64,000 bases of DNA from contig PS015489.1 in NCBI GenBank assembly GCA_048213135.1, forward strand, positions 62,001 to 126,000, written 5' to 3'. Under the pieces are notes generated by a model. The model searched no databases. It was given only the letters and a program-made list of their open reading frames with translations, and was not told the origin of the DNA. Source of the stretch: Reclinomonas americana ATCC 50394 (taxonomy: Eukaryota). Position 1 is the stretch's first letter. Each line of letters starts with the position of its first letter. The position numbers and the translations under genes were made by a program. Of this stretch, positions 1-14,404 are shown one piece after another.

Positions 1-3000
1 GCATGAGGTGACGCACACAGCACGTCCAGCAACTATGTTCCGACCTGCACTGCACTTCCTTGCATCACGCGGTCAAAGAGCGACACGCGGACAAAATGCA
101 ACACCAGTCCATCCACAAACTTCTTGCTTTCGGCCTACACGATGCATGCACAGAGAAATGAGCAACAACAGAATTCTCTTCGCCTCTCACGGTGTTTGCC
201 TCAGCACACCTGAATCTCCTCTTCGCGATTGTGCGTGGCCTGCATGAGCGCTGTCATCAGCATAATGCAACGACGTCCGACAGAGGTGGCGTCGGTGTTG
301 AGCAGCGTCGCAGCCTCGGCCGGATCAGGCTCTGTGCGGAACACCTCGGCCGGATCAAAGTCTGTCACAGCAGAGTGAGTGCGAGCCACAGTGGTGTGAG
401 TGCCGCTTATAGGAGCGCTTGCACACCGAAAATGGACTCGTCGACATGGGTGGCAAAGCACTGCGGCTGATGCACCGAGATCTCCAGATACGCATGCTGC
501 GCGGATGCCTGCGATCGGCGGCTGTGTGCAGGGCGTGAGAGTGATGAGAGAGGATGCACAGCGACGCGCACATGACCGGCAACGCCAGACCGTTCCTCAA
601 ACGCTGCAGCCTCCTCGACAATCTCGGTCTGCTCGGCCTCACTCGACGGTGCGCCCTCTCGCCGGTAGTACCGATCGATCTTCAAGTACAGCGACAGCGC
701 ACTGCAGACGAGCTTCAGAGATGCCATCTGTGCAACAGCCGCTTTTAGAAAAATGAAGAAGCAAGGAATGGAAAACAAACAAGACGTAACCTTGACGGGG
801 GCACTCGTTTCGGCGGTCACCAGCAGCGTCGCTGAATGCAACGCCAACTGGTCCAACGTGAGGTAAAACGAGCGACGCCAATCGTCGTCACTCATTCTGC
901 GGCGTAGAGTGAGTTCCACACATGCGGTACAGTCAACCATGCACCCCCACACACCTATGCGAGCGGCCGCGCGGAGGGGACACCAGTGCACCGCAATCGA
1001 CCTGCATCGGTTGTGTCAGAACGACATGCTGGAGACGATACATGAACAACAAAACAAACACACCTCCATGTGGAGAACATCGCGCACGCGCGACAGGTAC
1101 TCGTCGTGCAGTTGCATGCCGTAGACGCCACTGGTGAAGTGATTCGACGGCGTGTTTCCCTTGAGTAGGACGTAACCCGCGGGTGTCATGTAGCCAATGC
1201 GATTTACGTCTGTGCACACGCATGCAGATCAGCACCAGTCACCGCCACGCCCTCATTTAAACAAGGAAGCACGCAACTGGTGAACGCATCGGCGACACCG
1301 CCAGTAAGCATGGCGGAGAAGGGCATGCTCGGGTTCGTCGGCTGCATGTTCATCAGCTGCGTCATGGCCTGTCGGCTCAGAGGTCCGCGCGGACTCTCGG
1401 TGCTGTTCACGAATGCGAACGGATGCAGACGGCGGTTGCGACCACCCATCTTGCCGAGGATGCGCAGAGCCAGCGGGCCGAATGGGTACGGCGCGGGGCG
1501 CAAATGTGCACACAACACACTGCGTCGATAAGATAGACAAGGGTGTGAGCGAGAGGCAAAGGAAACATTGGCAACAGCGTGCCGCACCGCATCAACTGCG
1601 CCTTGAAGGGCGCAATGACCGGCTCGATGCAGTCCGGCTTCAACGTGTCGATCCAGATCTCCAGCGTGCGCAAGCCGAGACTGCACACAACAATGGCACA
1701 ATGAGTGTGAAATTCTGTGACTTTTGAGAAGGAAGAGTACAGCACCTGAGCAGCTCCGTGGAATCGTTGTGTAGCGCCTCAATCATCATGCGGAACATGA
1801 TGCCGAGATGCGGCAGCAAGACATGCAGGCGAGCCGGGACCGTCAGCGCCAGTTCAATGTACAGCTCGCGCAGTGGGCGCGTCGCATGTTGCACCAGCGA
1901 CTGCAGGCGCTCGAGAATGCCTGCACACCCATCCAACCACCCAGCGATCAGCCACAGAAACAACACCCCTCGCACAATTCACACATGAGCGCAACTCGGC
2001 AGCAGCGGTCTGAATTCGCCGTACAGCATGTCGAAGCGGCCGCCGACAATGCTGCGGAACAGGGCGCGCAGCGTCGACAGGTAGTTGATGCAGGCGCGGC
2101 TCTCCGTCGTGTGCGCCAGACATGCCGAGACGATCGGCGCAATGTACGGGCGCAGCACCGGCTCGTTCTGCGACACATTGATGGCCTGGAACACCAGCTT
2201 GAAGAGGCGAAGCAGCACTTGTGCTTCGCGCACATTGCCGTGCATTTTGCTGCAAAACAAATCAGTCCACGACAGCACACACATATGCACGAGTGTGAGT
2301 GCACGCAACTCGATGTTCTGCAGCAAGAACTTCAGCAAGATCTGCGCAAAGATGCTCGACACGGAGGGGTTTTGCAGGAACAGCGTGGGGATAACGAGGG
2401 CCAGCGAGTTTTCCTACGATCAAGGGAGAATGAGTGGCAAGAAGAGAGCACGAGTGGCAACAATCCGCACAACGTACCACAATGGCCTCGAAAAGAAAGT
2501 CCATTTGCTCCTCGAATGTGCAGCGGAAGGCCTTCAGGCTGATGTACGTGAAGAGAGGGGCGAACACATCCACACTCTGTGTGTGCAACACCGTCAGCCA
2601 CTCGACATTCAACATTGTTGAAGGAAAAACACGAACCTCCTTCTTCTCGTCAGGCGTCGCCGTCGGGCCAATCGTGTACACCATCAGCGAACGCACTCCG
2701 TTGCGCAGCAGCCGGCCATACAACCGCGTCTCGTCCAACACCTGCATGTCGGTCAGCAGACCGATGTGTTGCTGCGGGATCGGTGCGTCGGCCAGCACGG
2801 GGCCAGTTGTGGCGGGGATCTTGGCACCGGGCGGACGTTGGCGCATGGTGGACATGGCAAGAATGATGTTCTTCATGCCGTTGATGAGCGTCTTGACCAT
2901 GAGCCGCAAGTCCCGAATGTGCTCGATCGGCGACTGCGTCTTGCGGCCGGACTTGTCGCCACTGCCACCAGCTCCGGCACCACCGCCCGAGCCAGACGCA

Positions 3001-5053
3001 TCGTCGCTAGCGCCAGCACCACTGGATGACTGCACACAACAATCAGCGACACAAACACGAAAGAGGAGAAGGGTGAACGAATAAATGGAGGGTTACCCCT
3101 TCAGCGCCGCCACTGGCGGCAGCTGCCGAATCGCCACCAGGCTGGTCGGCGTCCATGGGCACACTGCCGCCGGCAGCCTCGTCCTTGCCCACGCCGCTGG
3201 CATCGTCTCCAACCTTGCGTTTGACCGCCAGCTCCTTGGAGACCGAGTCAATGGTCTCACGCAAGTGCCCGAACTTGCTCACAAACGAGTCCAGCATGCG
3301 GAGCAGGAGGACGCGACCTGCAAGCAAGAGGCAGTGAATAAATAAAAAAAATTCGCACCCTCCAAACAACCGCGGAAAGACAGAACAAACCGTTGCCGTT
3401 CTCGTCGTTCTCCATGTACACACGCTCGATCAAGTGCACCAGCAGCTTGACACTCATGGTCTGAATGCTCAGCGCCAGCGTGTTGTCGAACAGATTGCGC
3501 GTGTAGAATGTCACCACTCGGTAGACTTGCGGCAGCTGTGCAAAGGAAGGAGAGAGAGATATTCAGACGACGAGGGAATGAGGCAAGAGCATTGAGAAAA
3601 ACAGGAGTCGACCTTTAGGTGGTTGCGAATGTGGTGCACGAGATCGGCCAGCGTCGAGTAGGCCAGCGGACGCAGTGTCTCCAGCGCGGTGCGCGACCCG
3701 CCAAACAACAGCTGGTCGTCGAGCAGCCTCTCGATGAATCTGACAAACTGGTCGCGCATGTCAATGTCGAGCACGTGTCGCACAATCACCAGCAAATCCT
3801 ATCCCACACATCAACGGTAAGTGGATGTGGAAGAAAGTGCGTCGCTCATCACGGCGGCCGCAAACCTTGCGCGAGCTGGTGGCTTCTGGCGGGCACCGCT
3901 CCAGCAGTTCCGTCACCAGGCGCGGAATCTGCGTGCGAATGCCACCCTGCGCCTGTTGCGAGGCCTGTCGATTGGTCGTGCCACGCATAATGTACGTCAA
4001 GAACGAGGTCGTCTGCACGTACGGCAACACACAGCGCGTCAATTGTAAAGCAACCACACCAACAGAGCAAACAGAGCACGCACCTTCACGAGCGCCGAAA
4101 TCCAGTCTGCATACAGCGGTCGCAGATGCGGAGGGACTTCGCGCGGCACATTCTCGGTGCTGTCCAGCGCCCTCTCCATCTCCGACAGCAAATCACCCAG
4201 ACGTTGGTTCACAATCTCTCCGTAGATCTGCAGCGGAATGTGAACAACAAACACACGACGCTCTCGTTTGCCAACATCCGAACCTGGGAGAGCAGAACAA
4301 TGACGACAGGGCACTCGGTCAGCACACGGAAGGATTCGCTCGACGGCGGTCCAATAGTGGTGCCGGGGGCGCCACCCGCTGCGGCAGCGGGTGGTGGCGA
4401 CGCCGACGACGACACAGACGACGCCGCGGCGCCAGTGCGCGGCGCATCGGGCGTGCCAAAGTAGCGGTGCGCCACCGTGGGAAAGTTGATGTAGAACTGC
4501 TTCACCAGATCAAGAAAGTGGCCAACGTAGTCGTTCAGCGACGGGCGATACGAGCGATGCAGCTCGACCATCAGCTTGAGCGCCGTCAGCGCGTGCTCCT
4601 CGTGATCGTCCTGCAACACGCGCAGACACATGTCCATGATCTGGTGCGCGAACGGCTTCAGCTTGTCGTTTGCCGGCAGTCGCTGCAGGATCTCCAGAAT
4701 CAACGTGCTACAGCAACACACGTGAGTGAGTGAGTGCACGGATCGAGCAGAGCCTGCACAAGGCACGCGACTCACCGGATCTTGTTGGCCTCGTTGTCTT
4801 CGCGCACAGGACCATACGTGCGCAGAAAGTGCATGAACATCTCAAAGAACGCATTGAGGAACTCATCGTACTGCTGCTGAATCCACGGCGTGAGACTGTC
4901 GCGGATCTGAGTCAAGTGCAGACGAATGTGCTCCGGCTCTGCATGCACAGTGAGAGAGTGAGATGTGAGAGTGAGATGTGAGAGACTGTGTGTGTGAGAG
5001 AGAGACTGACCTGTCATGCGCCGAATGGCGGCAGCACGCTCGGCGAGCGACAT
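1..5053 (-). CDS. TRRAP: TRRAP/Tra1 PIKK-family scaffold, N-terminal part (multi-exon, runs off the window start)
   Basis: Spliced exons give KIRTLILEILQRLPANDKLKPFAHQIMDMCLRVLQDDHEEHALTALKLMVELHRSYRP, SFRVLTECPVVIVLL, ETLRPLAYSTLADLVHHIR, IQTMSVKLLVHLIE, LYIELALTVPARLHVLLPHL and GLRTLEIWID, all characteristic of Tra1/TRRAP HEAT regions. ATG at 5053. Confidence 0.93.
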
Positions 5054-5603
5054 GAGCAACTGTGAAGAGTGAATGCGTGTGTCAGCGAGTGAGTTGTGCA
5101 CGACATGCCGCACAGCGTGACACACACACACGCACTCCGTTACACACACACGCAGACAGAGAGTGTGTGTGATAGACACAAAGACAAGAGAGAGAATGAA
5201 GCGAGTGTCAAATGCATGCAAAGGTGAAAGTGTGACACCAGTGACAACATAAAATGCAAATACCGCGTGCTTCTCTTTGTGTGTGCTCTGTCACTGACGC
5301 AACAGTATGCGCGCGTTCGTGCGGCGAGTGGAGGCTTCTCTCTGTGAATGTGCTTGCTCCGACACGCGCGCGAAAGGAAATGGGCGGGAAAGTGACTCGC
5401 GCGTCATTTAGTGATTGGCCCTTCCGAGAAAGGCACAAGTCCAATGCAAACTCGAAGGCAACTCGAAGGTCCGCAGTTGCAGCCACGTAGCATCTGACAG
5501 CATCGTGAAACTCAAAGCAAAAGAAGCTGGCAAGTTGACTTCGACTTCAAGCTCAGCTGTGCTTCGATTACAGTTATGTTATTACGTGCACGTGCATGCT
5601 TGG

Positions 5604-8600
5604 TCAAAAAGCCGACGAGAGGCCTGCATCGTCGGGGTTGTACGACACCAAACACAGCTCCACACTGAATCCACAGCCGATGAGTTCGTCGATCCACGCG
5701 CGTTGCTGGTCCGACAGCTTGTCCATGCCGCCCTTGACCTCGACCAGCTTGCAGGTTCCTGTGTTGCAACCGTGTGTGTGAGACACACGTCGTTTCAAGG
5801 GAGATGAAGAGTGCTGGAGGAAAAAATACTGCGTCTCGCAACTTCGTTCCACGTGCCACAGGAAGAGATCCGGCACACCGCTCTGCCACTGGCGGTAGTC
5901 GCTGCTGAAGAGGGCGCACATACCCGACAGCTGCTCACCGCTCATGCACTGCACCACCTGCAGCAGCATGGACTCGGAGAAACGATCCCATTGAATGCCA
6001 CGAACCGCACACCCTGCAGGAGAGAGAAAAGTCAGGACGAGTGTGATTGTGCAACCTGCGTGCAGACATCATACCCTTGTGCTTGAACGCCTCACGAAGC
6101 AGCCGCTCCGTATTCTCCACCTCCCGGATCTCTGCCAAACGCGCGAGAATTGCATCGCGGCGCACCAGCATGAAACCCTCCGTTGTCAAATCCAGAGGCG
6201 CGTCTGCGCGTACATGGAGTGAGCTCCATTCTCTCGCAACAAAGCGCACTCACACACTCACTCACTCACCCTGGAAGGGCGTTTGGAACACATATGGCAC
6301 CGAATCATCAAACAAAATATCCAAAAACAGCAGGCCAAACAGCGTGCAAAAGAGACTGCCTTCGCAGTGCACGCCCTTCCACCCATCGGTTCGTCCGTAA
6401 AACTGCAGAGCCAATTCCTGTAGAGCCAGGTGAGTACGAGTCGCGATCCAGAAATCGAGGAGCAGCGCCACACCTCCACGCTGCACAGCTGGTCGTCGTA
6501 GCCAAAGAATCGCTGCCGCGAACCGCGAGCAATCAAGTCGTGTGGACGACCGGCAATGCGCGTCTCTGCCGCCGCTCGCAGCACCTTTAGTTCCACAGGC
6601 GGCGATCCCCATCGCAGCGGAGGCTTCCACAATCGCGCCAAACGTCTGCACACAGGGCGATGCTGTGAGACTGCGTTACGCAGGCACTCGCACCACAGGG
6701 AGCAAAACCCACCGCTCCACCGACACTCGATCACCGGCCTTGACGTGCGGATCGGCCAGTGCCTGCTCGCAAGCCACCACCGCATTCTCCTGCACAGCCA
6801 GTCAGTACACCGTTCATCCATCCCCCAATTCCTCGACACTCACCTTGCTCTTGCAGTGCTCCCAGTTGAGCGCCAGCCGGTTCCACCAGTGGCCTCGTCG
6901 ACTCGGGCAGTACTGCGTGTCCAGCAAGCACTGCAAGTAGAGAATGGCCTGCCGATAGTCCCTCATGTGTTCACACGCCGACACGCCCACTGTCACCGAG
7001 CAGGCGTGCACCCAGCCCGGCGAGAATCGCATCAGGAACGACTGCCGCAACAAAGTGAGTCGAGTGCGCAGAGCGGGGTGTGCTTCTTCGGTTGCCCGAC
7101 CCACCTGTCGTGCCTTCGGCACCTCACGAAACCGGATTCGATCGGCCGCCGCCGCATGGCACATGAGCTCGCACGCCTCCTGCACCAGCGCCATTGTGTG
7201 CTCGTAGCGTTTCGGCGACTGCTCGCCCTCATCCATGGGAACAACAACGGCGGCGGCGGAGGCGGCGGAGGCGGCCGAAGCTGACGTACACGGAGGCTCC
7301 GCCGACTGCGACGCCAGCAGGTGCTCCACCTCCTCATCGTCGACATACTCGGCGTCTTCGTCGGCCTCGGCCTCGGGCGCCACCACATAATCGCGGCATG
7401 CTTCACGGAATGCCGCACTGGCCACACGCCGGCCGAGCGCCACCGCCGCCTCGAAATCGTCCAGTCGCTGCCGCGACGGAAACACCATGACACGACCGAG
7501 ATCCACTTCTCTCCCTTCTTGCTGTCGCGCCGACCACACGCGGTACGGGAAGTACGTCAGAACACCGGCCGAAACGAGAGCCAACTGCGCTGACGAGCGT
7601 GTCGAGTTGAGCAGGAACAGGCGATCGACGCGATCCAGCAAGTCGCACAGTGGCTTGGCGATACGATAGCACTGCGTGGAGGAGGGTGACGTGAGGATCG
7701 CGGGTAGGAAGGCACAAGAGACAAAGGCACGAACCGGTCCAATCACTTGCATCAGAGCCTGGGTGATGGCGTCGCCCTGCGTGGCACTCTCGCGCACGAG
7801 GCAGGCCAACAGACTCTTCTTGGTCATCGACGTCCGTTCCATGCGCATGCGAGCCAGAAGCCCCACTTGCGCCGCAACCTCCTCCAGTTCCGCCTGCGAG
7901 TGGATGTGAGACAACAAGACGCCACGATACCAATAAATGCAAGTGCGCCCCCACACCTTGCTCGCTGGTCTCAACAGCTCAGTCCACGGATGATCGTCGA
8001 GGGAGAGCTCCTCCAGCAAGTGCACATTGCACAGCTGCTGAGCACAGCCAGGCACATCACGAATGACCGAGTATCGCACCTCCAGCTGCTGCACCGGGTG
8101 CCAGCGCAAGCGCTTTCGATTGGCAATCCGAACAAACAGGCGCAATGCATGACCCTCTTGTCGACTGTCAACGAGAGAGAGAGAGAGAGAGAGAGAAGAA
8201 TGGTCACAACAGCGAACAGCGACATGCGTGTGTGGATGATGGACAGCTGTGCGCACGCACCGCAGCAACTCCAACACGCGGATTTCATCCTCCAGCAGCA
8301 ACTCTTTGTACCGATCGCACACCGCATTCATCGCCAGCAAGAAGTCGTCCACGTAGCGCGCCACCGATTCTGCTGACGTGCATGAGTGGCCATCAACAAC
8401 GCACTCAATCACTGGGCTCCAGCGAGACATACCAGCAGCTGGTGGAGGAGGCGGTGGAGGCGGTGGTGGTGGTGGAGGAGGAGGCGTGGCTGGACGCGCC
8501 TGCGGTGACAGAAAGTGCAGGATCGAGCGTGGAGTCGACGATGGCGAGGGCGTGCTGCTTCCACTCGACAGGCGACGACGCGCAGGCGCAGGTGGTGTGA

Positions 8601-9042
8601 CAGCAACAGTGGCTGGCGATGGAGGTCGCGCCTTGCCTTTCCATTTGGCAAACACAGATGTTGATGACGAGGAAGAGGAGGAAGAGGAAGAGGAGGAGGA
8701 GGAGTTGACATGGCGTCGCTTGAAGGGGAATGGTGAGGAGTCCTGTGTGCGAGTATGTGAGGAGTGAATGAAGAGAACATGAGAGGTGTGGCCTTCCTCC
8801 CACTCACAGTTGTCTTGCGCTCTGATCCACCCTCTCCATCGTCTTCATCGTCTGCAGGCAGTGGTCTCTTGGCTGCGCACACAAGAGTGTCAGTAAGAGC
8901 GCAAGAGTGAGAGAAAGATTTTATCAAACCGCGTCTCACCTTGTGCGCGTGTCACTGCCGAGGCTGATGAGGAGTAGGCAGAGACGAGATCCTCACATCC
9001 AACGACCTCACACAGCGATGAGAAGCCAGTGAGGAACGCCAT
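5604..9042 (-). CDS. FAN1: Fanconi-associated nuclease 1 (VRR-NUC), multi-exon
   Basis: Motifs RRGHWWNRLALNWEH, GWKGVHCEGSLFCTLFGLLFLDILF..VPYVFQTPFQ, APLDL, SGVPDLFLW and LVEVKGGMDKLSDQQRAWIDEL (PD-(D/E)xK). Start inferred through two short 5' introns. Confidence 0.92.
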
Positions 9043-9135
9043 CGCGCGCGCGCGAAAGACAATTGCACGAGGGTTTGCTTGCCACGTCATTTTCGCGCAC
9101 AAAAAAATTGTTCACTTTTGCGTTCTAGGTTTTTT

Positions 9136-12100
9136 CTAGTAGAAGTTGGCCATGGCCAGCAACACCAGAGAGGTCCAGCCGGTGAAGGGCTTGACGCCCT
9201 TGCCACGGCCGGTTTCGGGGACGTAGCTCTCCCACAGGTAGCCGGTCTCCTCGAACTCCTTGACGACGCAGGTGATGACGCGGTCGCGGACTTGCTTGAA
9301 GAGCGCCTGTGCCTTTTCCTGTACTGGCGAACCGTCTGTGGAGAGGGAGCAGGCGCGCAGAATTGTGAGTATGTTTTCGTCACTGACACGGAAAGCGAGG
9401 ACCGGCAACGCACTCTTCATGTAGGTGTTGTGCAGCGCGGAGAGGAGAAGGTAGTTGAAGTTCATGAACACGGCTCCGCGCCAGTAGTTCTCTCCCTTGC
9501 CGTAGAACGAATCGTCGGTGTGCAGCGAGCGGATGCCACAGCTGCCGGGGGGAGAAAGCGAACACAATGAGCTTCTCCCTCTCACTCCTCTCTTTGTCAC
9601 ACACGCACGCACCGTGACATCAGCGACTCGGCCGTCTCCAACAGCTTCGGCACCTGCGGTGCGTCGACCGGCAACAGCTCAAGCAGCAGCGGGAACAGAG
9701 TAATGTATCCAATGTGTGGCGAGTAGCCAAACACGCGGCTCTCCGGCTCCGTCACGCGACCCATGTAGTCGGCAAAGAGGCCGGTCTTCGGATCCAAGTG
9801 CAACTCCTCCAGCCGGCTGTACAGCTTCTCGTAGATCTTCTTGTACTTGAACGCGTTGTCGAGTCCGAGGCGGTCCGAGATGCGGTACAGTGCGCGACTT
9901 GCCGCCATCAGCCAGCAGTACAGATCGAGGTGACGCTCGTGGTCGTTGGCCTCGGGTGAGCGAGGATAGTCGTCCAGACCTACAGCACTCAACATTAAGC
10001 AACTGCAGACGCACTCAAATGCCATGAAAGAGACTCACGCACCCGACGTGAACGTGTGATTGGTGGAGCGACCGGCCCACATGAAACCGAGACCGTCTTC
10101 GGCCTCGTGCTTCTGGCGCAGGAACTCAAAATGATGCACCATGCGCGGCCACACATTCAGCAGGAATGTGCGGTGCGTCGTGGACTTGGGGCAGTTCGGC
10201 TTGGCCAGGTGCGACGACGACGCGGAGACTTTCGAGGCGGCGCCCTTGGCGTCGACGGCCACACTGCAGCGAAGAAGGGAAACTCAGTCTTTTTCTTTGA
10301 CAAATGGACCAGAGGGAAGAGGGGCGGACGCAACGCTTCCTTGCCGCCCAACGTGCACCCCTCCAGTGCCATGCGCTCCACCGCCAGGAAGAGCGTCGGC
10401 GGATTGGCGTGGCCGGGGAACTGGCGCAGGAACTCTGGTGGCACCTTGGCGCGCGCCTCCGGCCCCAGAATCTGCTCACGCGGAATCCATCCGTCTTCCT
10501 GAATCGTGCTGAACCAGGACGCGATCATGATTTTGCTGCGCAGCGGGTGTGAGTGATCACCCACACAAGCTCGTTTCCTTTCTTTCCTTTTGCCCCGGTG
10601 CCACTCACCTGAGGTCGGGGTTCCATCGCTGAATGACAAGCTGGTGGAAACCCTCGTCCCAGAAGAATCCACGCGGGAAGTACGACCGGTTCGGCACGGC
10701 AGTCATGAGTGTGCGCGCAGCCAGCGGCATGGCACCACGCGGGTGCACCAGAGTCGAGCCCCTGTTGGAGGGGCCAGCAAGATCAGCTACTGCACACCAC
10801 CAACGCAGCAATAACAGGGAATATGGCACCGCACGCACCAAAAGTAGCCGACCGACCCGATGAGGTTGGACATGGCGAACTTGGCCGACTCGGTCCACTC
10901 GCTCGACGCCACTTCCGCCCCGAACTTGGCCACAAACTTCTTGTCGAAGCCACTCTCGGCCTCCGACAGCAGCTTGTTCAGCGACTTGCCGCGGAGATCC
11001 TCCGAGGCCGCAAACACGTCGTCGGGATCGACAAACTCGTGATTCACCATGACAACATCCATCTGCGCCGCGCGGTGAGAGTGACGACAACGGAGCGACG
11101 GAATAGTGTGGAAAGGGAAGAACGCACCACAAACGGCAGCTCCAGCACCTGCTGCACCAGAGCCACATTGGCCATGCGACCGCTCTTGTTGTCGAGCGTC
11201 TGGAAGCTGACGCAATCTGGTGAATGGGATGAGTGACAGACGAGGAGAAGACTGGCTGGGTGCTGCAAGCGACAAACCCTTCTGGCGCTTGCGGCAGGCC
11301 TTCTTACGCAGGTGGCGTGTCAGAATGTCCTTGATGTCGCGCGCAGCACCACCCGGCTGCACATCATCGGTGGTGGCCGTGAATGTTTGCTCCGATTTTT
11401 GCGCTGCACGAATCGTCAGAGACCGGCAATCACACACGGGTTGGATAGGAGAAGCAACGAAACAGTTGAGCACAAGAATGGAGAAATCGCCGACACCATC
11501 GGCCGACGCCTCAATATGCACACCACCAGCGGCTTTCTGCAACACACGTCGTCAGTGAGGAGAGAGATCGAACACGGCAAAAGCGGACACGACCAATGCA
11601 CAAACCTTCTTCTTCACACTCAACGTGTGCTCTCCCTCCACAATCGTATAGTACCACAGCAGCAGCTTATCGCCCTTCTTGCCGCCCTCATACGGCGCTC
11701 CTCGCACACGCATGACCCAATCACCGCCTCGCGACGCCACTCCGCCCGGCACATCCTTCTGCCCTCCGTCCAATCGCCGATACATTTGCGTCGACAACGA
11801 CACGCCGTTCTGGTGGTCTTGAATCACCTGCGTGCCATACGACATGCCATCGTGCTTGTTCCACCCAAAGCGATCCATATCATCGCGTTCCTCGCACGTG
11901 TTGCGAATCGCTGGAAAATGCCTTCAGCAAACAACAACAGATGTGTGAGAGGCAAAGCGTCGCACCTCCATCCTCCAGTGCCGACCACATGATACCCGTG
12001 ACCGCTGCAACAACAACAGACGAAAGAGTCAGGCATTTCCTCGTGTTGACACGCACGCGCGCGCACGTTGCCCTCGCTTTCACCTGCGTTCTTTTGTGTG

Positions 12101-12461
12101 GAGCGCATGCCAAAGTACACCTTTTGTTTCGCACACACAGACAACACGCACGATCAACCATGTGTGCCACGTGTCATTGACATCACTGTCACTCAACTTG
12201 CGGGCGATACGTGCCCCACATGATGCTTCCGGGGCTAATGTGGCCCTCGGTGACGCTCAAGTCGAGGCCCATGGAGGGTGCCAGCACAGTCGAGGTGTCC
12301 CACTGGTCATCGTACTCGCCACTCAACACCTTCTTTGTGTGCATTGATGACGAGGTGGGTGCGCCCTCTCCTCCTGCTCCTGCTCCCGCTGCTGCTGCTG
12401 TTGCAGAGGCATACAGAGCAAGCAGCAGCAGCACTGCCACAGTGAGCAACACTGTGCGCAT
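9136..12461 (-). CDS. MOGS: Mannosyl-oligosaccharide glucosidase I (GH63), multi-exon
   Basis: N-terminal hydrophobic anchor, [77 protein letters not shown]-terminus [17 protein letters not shown]. Confidence 0.95.
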
Positions 12462-12534
12462 AGTGTGAGAGAGAAAGCCGTGATTGTGCAAGTCGTCGAT
12501 CGACGGATGAATAGCACTTTTACCTCGCCTTCTC

Positions 12535-14254
12535 ATGGTGCTTTCATCATGTTCCATTGCGTTTCTCATAGTCAACGTACTGGTCTGTCTCTCTCTGTGC
12601 GTGTGTATCTTTGCGTTGTCACGAGCTGACCTCCACACACACACAGTACTTTTGTTGCGGTGCAGTGGCGCTTGTGTTGATGCTCTTGTCGTGTTACTGG
12701 CAGTGGCTTGCACGCAAGTTGCGCATGTCTGTGTCTCTGTCAGTGTGTGCATGTGTGCGTATCACTCAATCTCTTTGTAGACGTGGAGGCCCGCCATCAT
12801 CGAATAAGAACTGGCCAGTGTTGCAAGGCTTGCGACTGGTCATCTTTATCCACTGTGTTTGTTGCGTTCTCTGTCTCTTGCTCTCTCTCTCTGAGTGTGG
12901 CAAGCGAGAAAGAGAGAGCTGAGCATTCGTGCAGTTGAGGGATCGTATGGCATTGTGGGATTTCCATGCACGCAAAAGCAATCCGATGTGCTCTCTGTGG
13001 TCGTCTACATCACCGCCGACTTGATCATTGGATTCATCATGTTGCTGCTGTTGTGTACCATTGTTGTTGTTGCAATGTCGTTTGCCCTGCCTGTCGCTTG
13101 TGTGGGCCCACATTCGTCGTCGTGTTAGAACGCGGTTACTTGCCGCCACCAATGCCATTCCGGCGTCGATGACCAAGGGCATTCTGATCATCTCGTGGCT
13201 GCTGGTCGCCTCGTCGGCGACCATCACCGTCCTCAACGTGTTTGTCACCCAGGTGCAGCCAATACGCATCGCCAACTGGGTGGTGCGTGAGATGAATCGA
13301 TTGCGCGCTGTTGTGCGTTTCTCCGACTCATTCGCGTGGATGCAGACGGTGCTGTCGTTGTATGCGCTGGTGCCGGTGACCACCATTGTGCTGCTGTTGA
13401 AGATGTACTGCACCAAGTCGATGAAGCCGGAGTACGGTCGCATTGTGCGCAAGGCAGTGTGGAAGGTGATGAGAGTCATCGAATCGCCGATGTCGTCGTG
13501 CAGTCTACTCACACACACGTGCCTTCGCATGCGCGCACAGTTGGTGGTGGTGGCCTGGTTGTACTCGTGTACGGGCCTGACACTCGGATTCGTGTATCTG
13601 GCACGCTTCGCGCAGAGTCGCGTCAGCGACGATCTCTCCGGACTCCTGCTTGTCTCCTTGTTATTTTACGCGGGACAGGTGCGCGCGATGCATGCACACC
13701 GTCGGACCATCGTGCACAGTCGCTCTCTCATTGATCGTGTACACGCACAGGTGCTGGTCTTCAATGTCATCTTGCTCGTCATCAGCGATCGGTCACCGCG
13801 AGAATCATCTCGCGACGCCAAGAAGGGCCGTGTGGTCATCGAGGCCGGTCTGGCCAAGAAGGCTCACCGCACACACATTGCGTGGACCTCCGACGATTAT
13901 GTGCTGGCCGAGGCCGAGGACGCGCTGCTGGAGAGTGGCGGTGCAGTGGTTCGTCTCCACCGACGCCGCTCCTTTCTGCCTCACCGAGACTCACTCGTTC
14001 CGCAGGCGCTGCTACCACGAGACACCTCGTCCGAGGTGACCGAGCCATTGTCATCGAGTGCACCCTACGCGGCCTCGGCACCGTTCGCATCAGGGCCGCG
14101 CGCCACGCTTCGTGTCGAGCGCGATCGTATCCGCAATCTCACACCATCCCACCAATCACCGGAATCGGCCAGGAGCGAACGTGAGTCGCCGGCGCCGGAG
14201 AGCGGTCAGTCGCTGTTTAGTTATCAGTCCATAGTTGCCAGTGATTATGAGTAA
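12535..14254 (+). CDS. Multi-pass membrane protein with long Ser/Pro-rich cytoplasmic tail (possibly 7TM/GPCR-like)
   Basis: Series of hydrophobic helices across GT-AG spliced exons (e.g. GILIISWLLVASSATITVLNVFV, TVLSLYALVPVTTIVLLLKMY, LVVVAWLYSCTGLTLGFVYL), followed by a polar tail. Family not recognised. Confidence 0.55.
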
Positions 14255-14404
14255 GGAGTCGGGGTAAGGCGGGGGAAAACTGTAGCGTGTTTAGTGTAGT
14301 GTAAGATCCGATCAATGCGGATATTCTTGCTTCATTAGTTTGTTGTTTGCAAGTTGAGTGGTTGGACGAGATGACTGAATGCGTTAGGGTCCTGCTGCTG
14401 TGTG

